From Ktedonobacterales bacterium (GTDB lineage: Bacteria > Chloroflexota > Ktedonobacteria > Ktedonobacterales > JADMIN01), in contig CP126532.1 in NCBI GenBank assembly GCA_030167145.1, forward strand, positions 3,180,001 to 3,212,000: a stretch of DNA of 32,000 bases, in the 5' to 3' direction. Under the pieces are notes generated by a model. The model searched no databases. It was not told the origin of the DNA and was given only the letters and a program-made list of their open reading frames with translations. Shown here piece by piece: positions 24,252-32,000 of the stretch (positions are counted from its first letter, which is position 1; each line of letters begins with the position of its first letter). Made by a program: the position numbers and the translations under genes.

Positions 24252-25652
24252 ATGACTGACGAACAGGCTGCGATTCACGAAAACCTGATCCGCGAGACAC
24301 CGGCGATGCGCCTGGGTTTGCGTCTGCGGCGGGCTAGATTAGCGCGCAATTTAACACAGGGAGAGGTTGCTAAAAACCTCTTCTCAGTGAGCTATGTCTC
24401 CGCTGTAGAAAGGGGGCAGATTAGGCCATCTCTTGGGGCTTTAGAAAAGCTAGCAGAGAGATTAAATGTCCCGGTCACAGAACTGCTCGGCAATGGCGAT
24501 CTCTCTGGCTATGTGGATACCACTCCTTCCGCTGCGCGCGAAGCCGCTCAGGACCGCGCACGCGAAGAAGTGGAGAACCGCATCCGCGAGGCGCAAAAGC
24601 TCATTCGCCAGGGAACCTCCCGCTCCGTCGGACAGGCCATTGATCTGCTCCTACGCCTCGCTGGCCAGCAGCTCACCCAGCGCGAACTCGCGCGTCTCGA
24701 ATGGCTCCTTGCGCAGTCCTACTACGCGCAAGGTAGAGGCGAGGATGCACGTCGCGCCGCGCAGGATGGCCTGGCAATCACCGACCGCTTGGGCGATACC
24801 GACCTCACCGAAAGATTGCGCTTTGAACTGGGCAATGCCCTTGCCCTGTTGGGCAATCCCGCACTCGCTCAGGATCAATACAAGCGAAACCTGCATGCCA
24901 TCGATCAAGGCTACATGCCTGACATCGCATTTCAGATCGGCGTGCTCTCCAACTATGGCAACCTGCTCTGGCAGATGGGCGATCACGAGGAGGCTCACCA
25001 GTTTCTTGCCCGTGCGGTGCAACTCTCCAGGGAAATGCTCAACCTGGAGCGCATTGCCGAGATTTACTGGGCGCTTGCTCAAACCCAGGCCAACCGTGGC
25101 AACAATGCCGAAGCCCGGCAGTATGCCTACAAGAGCATTGCTGCTTATGAGGAGGTTGCCAACCGCAGGCTCGTCGCTGGCGTGTACCAGTTGCTTGGCC
25201 GCACCTACACAGAATCCGGCAACGCCGCTGAGGCCGTCGCCAATCTGCGTATGGCCAGCGAAATTGCCTCCGCCCAGCAGGACGCCCGCAGCTTCGCCGA
25301 ATCACAGCGCGCGCTCTCTGCGGCGCTCCTAGGCGACCGGCGCCTCGATGAAGCCGCCTCCGCCGCTGAGCAGGCCGTTCAACAGGCGGTCGAGCTTGAC
25401 GATGCTCTTCAGCATGCGGAATCTCTGCTCATGCTGGCACGGGTGCGCGAGGAGCAGGGGCGCAAAGAGGACGCCGAGCGTGGCTTCTCCGAAGCCATCG
25501 AACTGCTCAAGGCGCACGATGCTGGCGAGGCCCTCGGTGAGGCCTACGCCGAGTTTTCAAAGTTTCTCGAACGGCGCGGCGACAGCAAACGCGCCTTCGA
25601 AATGCTCAAAGCTGCCTACAGCGCCTCCACGCCGACGGGCGCGAAGATCTAA
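24252..25652 (+). CDS. XRE-family HTH transcriptional regulator with a C-terminal TPR domain
   Basis: The Cro/C1-type HTH reads LGLRLRRARLARNLTQGEVAKNLFSVSYVSAVERGQIRPSLGALEKLAERLNVPVTELL. About 350 aa of repeated helical A-x-x-Y/L-x-x-A motifs follow (YYAQGRGEDARR, LGNALALLGNPALAQDQYKRNL, YGNLLWQMGDHEEAHQFLARAV, and others). Confidence 0.88.
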   Translation: MTDEQAAIHENLIRETPAMRLGLRLRRARLARNLTQGEVAKNLFSVSYVSAVERGQIRPSLGALEKLAERLNVPVTELLGNGDLSGYVDTTPSAAREAAQDRAREEVENRIREAQKLIRQGTSRSVGQAIDLLLRLAGQQLTQRELARLEWLLAQSYYAQGRGEDARRAAQDGLAITDRLGDTDLTERLRFELGNALALLGNPALAQDQYKRNLHAIDQGYMPDIAFQIGVLSNYGNLLWQMGDHEEAHQFLARAVQLSREMLNLERIAEIYWALAQTQANRGNNAEARQYAYKSIAAYEEVANRRLVAGVYQLLGRTYTESGNAAEAVANLRMASEIASAQQDARSFAESQRALSAALLGDRRLDEAASAAEQAVQQAVELDDALQHAESLLMLARVREEQGRKEDAERGFSEAIELLKAHDAGEALGEAYAEFSKFLERRGDSKRAFEMLKAAYSASTPTGAKI

Positions 25653-25689
25653 TCTCGCGTTCTTCGCTCGCCCTGATGGCAGAGGCCAC

Positions 25690-25737
25690 ACCGCCGTTGC
25701 TCCGATTCCAACCCGGCGCATACGGCGGTTCTTTGTA
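25690..25737 (+). terminator. Candidate terminator after the XRE-TPR gene
   Basis: ACCGCCGT (25690-25697) pairs with ACGGCGGT (25722-25729) around an imperfect interior, and is followed by TCTTTGT. Confidence 0.4.
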
Positions 25738-25956
25738 CCATCCACCCTGTTCAGTGCCCGCGTCCGCCTGCTGCCACACCCTACTCCCCTTCGCCCTCCC
25801 GCTGTAGCCGCTTATGCGCCGGTAAAAAAGGGGGGCCTCGTGCGTTATATAGCGTGAAATGTGAGAAGATACCTGAGAGCAGCGCGCCTTCGGGCGCGTA
25901 CTCTTGTCGGCGGCGACATCAGTCCGCCGCTCCTCAGACAAGACAAGGAGTATGGG

Positions 25957-28956
25957 ATGCGGTTGGATGTAGCGCGACGTGGTGGCGCTGGCAAACACGC
26001 CTCACGCGGGTCACAGGGGACGCAGCAGGCTCCGAACGGCTCATGGCAATCTCGTCCCGCCGGACCCCTCTCCGCCGCTCGTCTCGCCGCGCTTCGGCTC
26101 GCGCGTGGCTGGCGGCTGTTGCTCGCCGTCGGCATCGGCATTCTCGTCGCCGTTGTGCTCGTCTGCACTGTCCCACTCTACATAAGCCTTGTCAGCAACG
26201 TGCAACTTCAGCGCGCCATCCACGCCAGCGCACCCTCCGCCCGCAACATCCAGGCGACCGCCGACAGCGACAACGCCAGCGCCACCCAGCGCGACGCCGC
26301 CAACGCCACCGTTACCTCCCTGGCGCAACGCTACCTGTCCAGTTTCACCACCGCCACTCCCACCCACTATCTCATCTCAGATAACCTGCTGCTCTTTGCA
26401 GTCGGCGCCCAAAAGTTCGATCCCAGCGATCCTCGCGCCCGCCAGGTGACCTACGAAGCCTTCGACTACACCGCTGCCGCGTCCCACATGCGCTTCATCG
26501 CTGGCGGCGCGCCACAATCGGTGGCAGGCGGCGCACCCCAGGCCATCGTCACCAAAGAGATGGCCGACGCCTTTCATATGACTGTCGGCACATCCCTCAC
26601 CGTCATTCAATTTGGCGACCACTCCATTAACTCTACGGTCAAGGTCTCCGGCATCTGGCAACCTGTGGACGCCGCCGATCCCTATTGGAATGGCCTCGAT
26701 TTCAGTGTGGCGAACGCCACCAATCCCTCGTACCCCGTCCTCATCACCTATGATAGCTTCTTCTCCGAGCTAACCCCCTTCACCGGCACGGCCATGCATC
26801 AGGATTGGATTTATTACACCCGCCCCGACGCTATCACCACTGGCAACATGAATGCCGTCGCCAGCGACATCGGCGCCTTCCGTGCGCGAATGAACGGCGA
26901 CGTGCTGGCCGTCCAGGGCATCGGCGCCGTCAACACCCAGTCCACCCTCGACCAGACCATCAGCGACATCCAGGCACAGCAGGCATTGCTGGCGTTGCCG
27001 CTCTACGTGATAATTGCCCAAATTGTTGGGCTTGCCCTGCTCTTCGTCGCCGCCATGTCCGCTCTCTTGGTTGAGGGTCAAAATCAAGAAATCGCCACGC
27101 TCAAGAGCCGCGGAGCAAGCGGCTCGCAACTGCTCAGCACCTTCACCACCCAGGGCGTCGTCCTCTCGCTGCTCGCCGCTATCGCTGGCCCGTTCCTCGC
27201 GGGCATTCTTGCCCTCTGGCTGATTCGCAAATTCGTCGCCGCCAGTGTGCTTCAGGGGTCCGGCATCAGTTCAACCTACCTCACGCAGCTTGCCAGCCCA
27301 ACCGCTGTGCTGCTGCCCGCCCTCGTCGGCGCATTGCTCGGCCTCATCACTGTCACCGTCACCGCCTGGCAATCGGCGCGGATGGACGTGCTCGCCTTCC
27401 GCCGCGAGCAAGGGCGCAGCACCCGTGTTCCCTTCTGGCGGCGCTATTATCTCGACCTCGCCTTGGTAGTACTCTTCCTCGCGGGCTACCTGGAACTGAA
27501 CCAGTTCGGTGGCACCAGCACTCGCCAGCAGCTTGGCGGCGGCGGCAACACTCCGCTGCTGCTCATCACACCCGCACTGCTGCTTCTCGCCGGCTCGTTG
27601 CTCGTGCTGCGCGTGCTGCCCCTGGGCGCGCAGTTCGGCGCGCGGGTGGCCGCACGTGGCAGAGGGTTGACCTCATTGCTGGCCTTCGCCCAGGTCGAGC
27701 GCAATCCCGCGCGCTACAGCCGCATGACGCTGCTGCTCGTGCTGGCCGTCGGCCTTGGCCTCTTCGCCCTCACCTTCGACGCCTCCCTCACCCGTAACGT
27801 CCACGACCGCTCTGCCTACAGCGTCGGCGCGGACATGCGCGTCGTCGAAGCGACTGGACTTGGCAACGGCAAGGGCCAGACGATGGCCCAGAATATCGCG
27901 CTTCTCCCTGGTGTGCAAGCGGTCTCACCCGCTCTGCGCACCAGCGCCACCACCACCTCCGACCTTGGAAATAACGCGGTGGATCTGCTCGCCATTGACC
28001 CCACCACCTTTGGCCAACCGGGCGCGGTCAGTTGGCGGCACGACTACGCCGCCGCCTCGCTCGATAGCCTGCTCAGTGGGCTGCGCGCCCACGCTCTTGC
28101 CGCGCCGGTTGGCCCCGGCACACCTGAATGGGCGATCATCAGCGATGTCTTCGCCGCGCAGTACCATCTCACTACCGGCGACCAGTTCACCCTTAGCCTG
28201 ACCGATGCGTCATCAGCGGCGGCGTCGTTCACCGTTGGCGCTATCGTCCATGAATTTCCCACGCTCTATCCGCAGGGCCAGCCCGGCAGTTTCATCGTCG
28301 TCGGCCTGAACGACTACGTGAGTTCAGTCAAGGCTCTCACCGACACCAAGGCCGACACTAGCAAGCTCGGACCAAACGAGTTCTGGCTGCGCACCACCAG
28401 CGACCCCGCCGCGCAGCAAAAACTGCTCCGCCAGCTTGCCGCGCCAGCGTTCCGCGCACAGCAGACGCTGAGCCTCAGCCAGGCCATCGAAGACGGCATC
28501 GCCAACCCCGTTTCCGCTGGTATGCGTGGCCTCCTGCTCGTCGGTGCCATCACCGCCGCATTGCTTGCCGTCCTCGGCAGCCTGATCCAGTCCATCCTGG
28601 CCACCCGCCAGCGTGCGCGTCAGTTTGCCGTCCTCCGCACCGTGGGTATGTCGGGCCGCCAGTTGACCGGCCTGCTGCTGGGCGAGCAGATCGTCGTCTA
28701 TCTCTTCGGCCTCGTCGGCGGCACGCTCCTTGGTCTCCTGTTGACCACCGCCACCCTGCCATTCCTGCAGTTCAGCGACACCACCATAGACCCCAGCACG
28801 CTCGGCATACCGGCTTACGTGCTGACCTTCAACGGCCAAACCGTCGCCTATTTCTACGCATCGCTGCTGGCCGCCTTCGTGTTCGCGCTGCTCATTGCCG
28901 CGCGCTACGCGACCGGCATCGGCCTGGGCAAGACACTCCGGCTTGGCGAAGACTAA
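25957..28956 (+). CDS. Large ABC transporter permease with two FtsX-type domains (MacB/DevC-like architecture)
   Basis: An AAGGAG SD lies 6 nt before the ATG at 25957. The track ORF starts 96 nt earlier. The 999-aa product has two blocks of 4 TM helices, each preceded by a large extracytoplasmic domain. The FtsX-like segments are EIATLKSRGASGSQLLSTF and FAVLRTVGMSGRQLTGLLLGEQ. Confidence 0.88.
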   Translation: MRLDVARRGGAGKHASRGSQGTQQAPNGSWQSRPAGPLSAARLAALRLARGWRLLLAVGIGILVAVVLVCTVPLYISLVSNVQLQRAIHASAPSARNIQATADSDNASATQRDAANATVTSLAQRYLSSFTTATPTHYLISDNLLLFAVGAQKFDPSDPRARQVTYEAFDYTAAASHMRFIAGGAPQSVAGGAPQAIVTKEMADAFHMTVGTSLTVIQFGDHSINSTVKVSGIWQPVDAADPYWNGLDFSVANATNPSYPVLITYDSFFSELTPFTGTAMHQDWIYYTRPDAITTGNMNAVASDIGAFRARMNGDVLAVQGIGAVNTQSTLDQTISDIQAQQALLALPLYVIIAQIVGLALLFVAAMSALLVEGQNQEIATLKSRGASGSQLLSTFTTQGVVLSLLAAIAGPFLAGILALWLIRKFVAASVLQGSGISSTYLTQLASPTAVLLPALVGALLGLITVTVTAWQSARMDVLAFRREQGRSTRVPFWRRYYLDLALVVLFLAGYLELNQFGGTSTRQQLGGGGNTPLLLITPALLLLAGSLLVLRVLPLGAQFGARVAARGRGLTSLLAFAQVERNPARYSRMTLLLVLAVGLGLFALTFDASLTRNVHDRSAYSVGADMRVVEATGLGNGKGQTMAQNIALLPGVQAVSPALRTSATTTSDLGNNAVDLLAIDPTTFGQPGAVSWRHDYAAASLDSLLSGLRAHALAAPVGPGTPEWAIISDVFAAQYHLTTGDQFTLSLTDASSAAASFTVGAIVHEFPTLYPQGQPGSFIVVGLNDYVSSVKALTDTKADTSKLGPNEFWLRTTSDPAAQQKLLRQLAAPAFRAQQTLSLSQAIEDGIANPVSAGMRGLLLVGAITAALLAVLGSLIQSILATRQRARQFAVLRTVGMSGRQLTGLLLGEQIVVYLFGLVGGTLLGLLLTTATLPFLQFSDTTIDPSTLGIPAYVLTFNGQTVAYFYASLLAAFVFALLIAARYATGIGLGKTLRLGED

Positions 28957-28991
28957 TAGCATACTCGTGACGACAGGAAGGGATAGCACAC

Positions 28992-29882
28992 GTGTCTGAG
29001 ATTCTGGTTGAGACCCACAACTTGGTTCGCATCTATAAGGCGGCGGATCTCGAAGTCGTCGCGCTGCAAGGTCTCGATCTGCGCGTTCCGCGCGGCGAGA
29101 TGCTCGCCCTCGTCGGCCCCTCCGGCGCGGGCAAATCCACCCTGCTCAACATCCTCGGCGGCCTCGACGCTCCCAGCGCCGGACGCTGCGAAGTCGCGGG
29201 CGTAGACCTCACCCGCCTCAGCGCCAAAGAACGCCTGCTCTATCGCCGTAGAATCGTCGGCCACGTGTGGCAGCAGACCAGCCGCAACCTTCTTAGCGAC
29301 CTCACCCTCCTCGATAACGTCATTGTTCCCATGGTTTTGGCTGGCTATCCCACCAGCAAGCGCAAGCGCCGCGCCACCCAACTCCTTGAGTTGGTCGGCC
29401 TCGGCCCGCGTATCCATCACAAACCCGAACGCCTCTCCGGTGGCGAGCAGCAGCGCGGCGCGCTTGCCGTCGCCCTCGCCAACGAGCCGCCGCTACTCCT
29501 GGCCGACGAACCCACCGGCGAACTAGATAGCGTCACCGCCCGCGAAGTGCTCGCCCTGCTGCGCCGTCTCAACCACGAGCTGGGCCTCACCACCATCGTC
29601 GTCACCCACGACCACATGGTTGCCGAAGCGATGGATCGCTCCGTCGCTATCCGCGATGGCCGCACCAGCACCGAAGTCGTCCACGCCGACGAAGAAGCCG
29701 AAGAGACCGTCATCATAGACGGTGTGGGCCGCCTGCAAATCCCCAAAGCCATTCTAGAGCAGGTGCCGTTCAAGGGACGTGCCGTGGTTCACTTCGCTGG
29801 CGATCACGTCGAGCTATGGCCCGTCGGCACGCTACCGTCGCCCGCCTCCGGTGGCGTGCCACCCAATCAGGTCCGCCGCTAG
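28992..29882 (+). CDS. ABC transporter ATP-binding protein (MacB/LolD-type)
   Basis: Walker A is GPSGAGKST, the Q-loop is VWQQ, the signature is LSGGEQQR, Walker B is LLLADEPTGELD, and the H-loop is VTHD. There is a C-terminal extension of about 70 aa. Confidence 0.92.
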   Translation: MSEILVETHNLVRIYKAADLEVVALQGLDLRVPRGEMLALVGPSGAGKSTLLNILGGLDAPSAGRCEVAGVDLTRLSAKERLLYRRRIVGHVWQQTSRNLLSDLTLLDNVIVPMVLAGYPTSKRKRRATQLLELVGLGPRIHHKPERLSGGEQQRGALAVALANEPPLLLADEPTGELDSVTAREVLALLRRLNHELGLTTIVVTHDHMVAEAMDRSVAIRDGRTSTEVVHADEEAEETVIIDGVGRLQIPKAILEQVPFKGRAVVHFAGDHVELWPVGTLPSPASGGVPPNQVRR

Positions 29883-30054
29883 CTTCTTGCCCCGCTTTTC
29901 CCACGCCGCCAGCTTCCCGCGTCACAGTGGGAAGGTCCGCGCCTTGCTACAGAGCATCAGCAGACGATAGACTGTGCGTACGGCATGGGAAATGTCCTCC
30001 GTTCGCCTAGATAGCAGTGGCGGAAGCCTCTCCCAGCGCGAAAGCGGGCGTCAT

Positions 30055-30513
30055 ATGTACACCACCAAGATTGGGCACGCGCATCTCAAAGTGCGCGACC
30101 TCGACCGCTCCATCGTCTTCTATACGCGCTTTCTTGCCCTGCGCGAGACCGAGCGCGTCGCCAACCACTACGCCTTCCTCACCAGTGGCGACCTCCACCA
30201 CGAGATCGCCTTGCAGCAGGTCGGCCCAGACGCCCCTGCCCCACCGCAAGGTGGCACGGGCCTCTATCATGTTGCCTTCGAGGCGCCCACACGCCGCGCC
30301 TTCGCCGAAGCCTATGCCGCGCTGACCCAGGCGGGCATCTCCGTCGCCCCAGTGGACCATCGTATCAGTTGGGCGATGTACTTCGACGACCCCGATGGCA
30401 ACGGCCTCGAAATCTATTGGGATACCCGCGCTGAACCAGACGGCGCAACCCTCTGGCATGGCGTCAATCGCCCACTGCCGTCAGCAGACATCCTGGCGGC
30501 GCTGGAAGCCTGA
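30055..30513 (+). CDS. VOC-family protein (glyoxalase / extradiol-dioxygenase-like fold)
   Basis: It runs from the ATG at 30055. It has IGHAHLKVRDLDRSIVFYTRFLAL, HHEIALQ, LYHVAFE and YFDDPDGNGLEIYWD. Confidence 0.85.
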   Translation: MYTTKIGHAHLKVRDLDRSIVFYTRFLALRETERVANHYAFLTSGDLHHEIALQQVGPDAPAPPQGGTGLYHVAFEAPTRRAFAEAYAALTQAGISVAPVDHRISWAMYFDDPDGNGLEIYWDTRAEPDGATLWHGVNRPLPSADILAALEA

Positions 30514-30560
30514 GCGCCCAACCATCAGCGCCATAGGCGCACCAGGGAGACCACAACATC

Positions 30561-31421
30561 ATGGATCTTGACGCCGCCCGTGCCTCGCTCTCAACCGCCG
30601 GACTGCCCGCGCTCGTCGCGCAACTCGACACACTGGCGCAGCCGTGCATCCGTCTGGCCAGCCAGCGCGCGGACGAGTCCGCGCTCACCGTTGGCGCCTC
30701 CAAACTTGGCGGCCAGCCCGATCTGCTGCCGGGCACAGCCTGGCCGGAGAAGCAAGGCAATCCCATGTCCTTCGTCGCTCAAATCCGGCTCGAACAGGTT
30801 CACGCTTTCGATGCCCAGCAGGCGCTACCCGCCGCTGGTATGCTCTCTTTCTTCTACGATGCCCAGCAAAGCGCGTATGGCGCCGAACCAACCGACCGCA
30901 ACGGAAGGGCAGTATACTTCACCCAGGGCAATCTCGCCGCGCTCCAGCGCACCCCCTTCCCCGCCGCGCTGCCCGCCGCCGCGCGCTTCTCGCCCTGCGC
31001 GCTCACCATCGCCAGCGACCTCACCTTGCCTGAACAGCCCCAGCTAGAGCTTCCCGCGCTGGCCTGGGACCAGGCGGCGCAGGAACACTACGACGCCGCG
31101 CTCAGCCAGCTTGCCAGCGCCACAGACCGCGCCGCCCCGAAGCATCAACTGCTCGGCTACCCCACCACGCTGCAAGATGACATGCGGCTCCAATGCCAGC
31201 TCGCCGCCAATGGCGTCCGCATCGAAGACGCCGCTTCAGACCCGCGCACGCCCGCGCTCTCATCTGGTGCGCTGCACTGGCGGCTCCTACTGCAAGTGGA
31301 CTCTGATCCTAACGCTGGCATGCGCTGGGCTGACGCCGGTATGCTGTACTACTGGATTGAGCGTGACGCGCTCCAGCGCGCGAACTTCGAGAACGTCTGG
31401 GTTGTCCTGCAATCCGATTAG
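30561..31421 (+). CDS. DUF1963 (YwqG-like) family protein
   Basis: It has SKLGGQPDLLPGTAWP, PMSFVAQIRL, GMLSFFYD, HQLLGYPTTLQDDM, LLLQVDSD and AGMLYYWIERDAL, which match the YwqG-family pattern as I remember it. Confidence 0.8.
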   Translation: MDLDAARASLSTAGLPALVAQLDTLAQPCIRLASQRADESALTVGASKLGGQPDLLPGTAWPEKQGNPMSFVAQIRLEQVHAFDAQQALPAAGMLSFFYDAQQSAYGAEPTDRNGRAVYFTQGNLAALQRTPFPAALPAAARFSPCALTIASDLTLPEQPQLELPALAWDQAAQEHYDAALSQLASATDRAAPKHQLLGYPTTLQDDMRLQCQLAANGVRIEDAASDPRTPALSSGALHWRLLLQVDSDPNAGMRWADAGMLYYWIERDALQRANFENVWVVLQSD

Positions 31422-31493
31422 GCCCCCTGCGCGATGCCTCACGACGCCGAGATACACGTACAACACTACCTGATGCCGGAGGAACCATCACCC

Positions 31494-32000
31494 ATGCGAA
31501 TGCCACTCATACGCCGCACACCTGCCCATCGGCGCATGCTCTCGCTCGCGGCGCTCGTCGCCGTGCTTGCGCTCGCCGTCAGCGGCTGCTCAGGCTCCGC
31601 CAATAGCGCCAGCGGTTCGCCCTTCCCCACCTCGCACCAGTTCGGCGTGCAGACCAAAACCTCCGGCTGCCAGGCGCACGACGCGCTCCCTGATTCCGAC
31701 TGCACTCCCGGCGCAATTTTCTCAGACGCGACCAAAGACCAGATTTGCCAATCGGGCTATGCCTCATCCGTCCGCAACGTCCCGACCAGCGAGAAGAATC
31801 AGGTCTACGCCGAGTACGGCATCGCCAGCCACACCCCCGGCCAGTATGAAGTAGACCATCTCGTCAGTTTGGAGCTAGGTGGCTCGAACGACATCGCCAA
31901 CCTCTGGCCCGAAGCCGCCAGCCCAACGCCGGGCTTCCACGAGAAAGACAAGGTCGAAAACTACCTGCACGATCAAATGTGCAGCGGCGCCATCTCGCTT
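31494..32000 (+). CDS. Lipoprotein with an HNH-type nuclease motif. The 3' end lies outside the window.
   Basis: This ORF is absent from the track because it is open to the window edge. A GGAGGA SD lies 10 nt before the ATG at 31494. The signal peptide carries a lipobox (LALAVSGC). An HNH-like core follows (YEVDHLVSLELGGSNDIANLWPE). I read 169 codons by hand without a stop. Confidence 0.75.
   Translation, partial: MRMPLIRRTPAHRRMLSLAALVAVLALAVSGCSGSANSASGSPFPTSHQFGVQTKTSGCQAHDALPDSDCTPGAIFSDATKDQICQSGYASSVRNVPTSEKNQVYAEYGIASHTPGQYEVDHLVSLELGGSNDIANLWPEAASPTPGFHEKDKVENYLHDQMCSGAISL

Noticed and set aside
25676-25807. A 43-codon ORF (MAEATPPLLRFQPGAYGG...) just downstream of the XRE-TPR gene, considered as a possible RNPP-type pro-peptide
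   Set aside because: It has no SD and no signal-peptide-like hydrophobic segment. It overlaps the candidate terminator hairpin of the regulator gene.

Overview
This is a high-GC, gene-dense bacterial chromosomal segment. The gene content and the style of its hairpin repeats look like a filamentous soil Chloroflexota (Ktedonobacteria-like) or an actinomycete-like organism, but that is only a guess. All calls come from reading the sequence and ORF track by eye, and motif coordinates were indexed by hand.

I can support about 24 CDSs:
- the 3' part of metH
- three consecutive secreted-protein genes on the minus strand: an S53 sedolisin, an unknown protein and a G1 glutamic peptidase
- a small acidic protein
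- a rifampin-phosphotransferase (rph) homolog
- fdxA and trmD
- a soluble PAS histidine kinase with a KdpE-like response regulator
- two VOC/glyoxalase proteins
- an alpha/beta hydrolase
- a small lower-GC membrane protein
- ribokinase
- a translin-family protein
- a polytopic membrane protein
- an M32 carboxypeptidase
- a stand-alone receiver
- an XRE-HTH/TPR regulator
- an FtsX-type ABC permease with its ATPase
- a DUF1963 protein
- the 5' part of a lipoprotein carrying an HNH motif

I saw no rRNA, tRNA, CRISPR array or intact mobile element.

The items most worth a second look are:
1. A near-perfect 19-bp palindrome (GGGGCTTGCGGCAAGCCCA) on a promoter-like site upstream of the rph homolog. 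It matches my memory of the actinomycete rifamycin-associated element (RAE), and it sits next to a decayed LysR remnant.
2. A 1.39-kb GC-poor stretch with no convincing ORF (22865-24251) upstream of the XRE-TPR/ABC unit. It has a near-consensus promoter, strong Shine-Dalgarno sequences and a 10-mer (CGTTCCCACT) that recurs three times.
3. A roughly 600-bp mosaic of short degenerate repeats between two convergent genes (16805-17390).
4. The putative acid-peptidase trio, whose middle member has no recognisable family.
5. A bacterial translin/TRAX-like gene.

Several very long ORFs in the track (720, 862, 378, 403 and 367 aa) are antisense shadows typical of high-GC DNA, and I rejected them.
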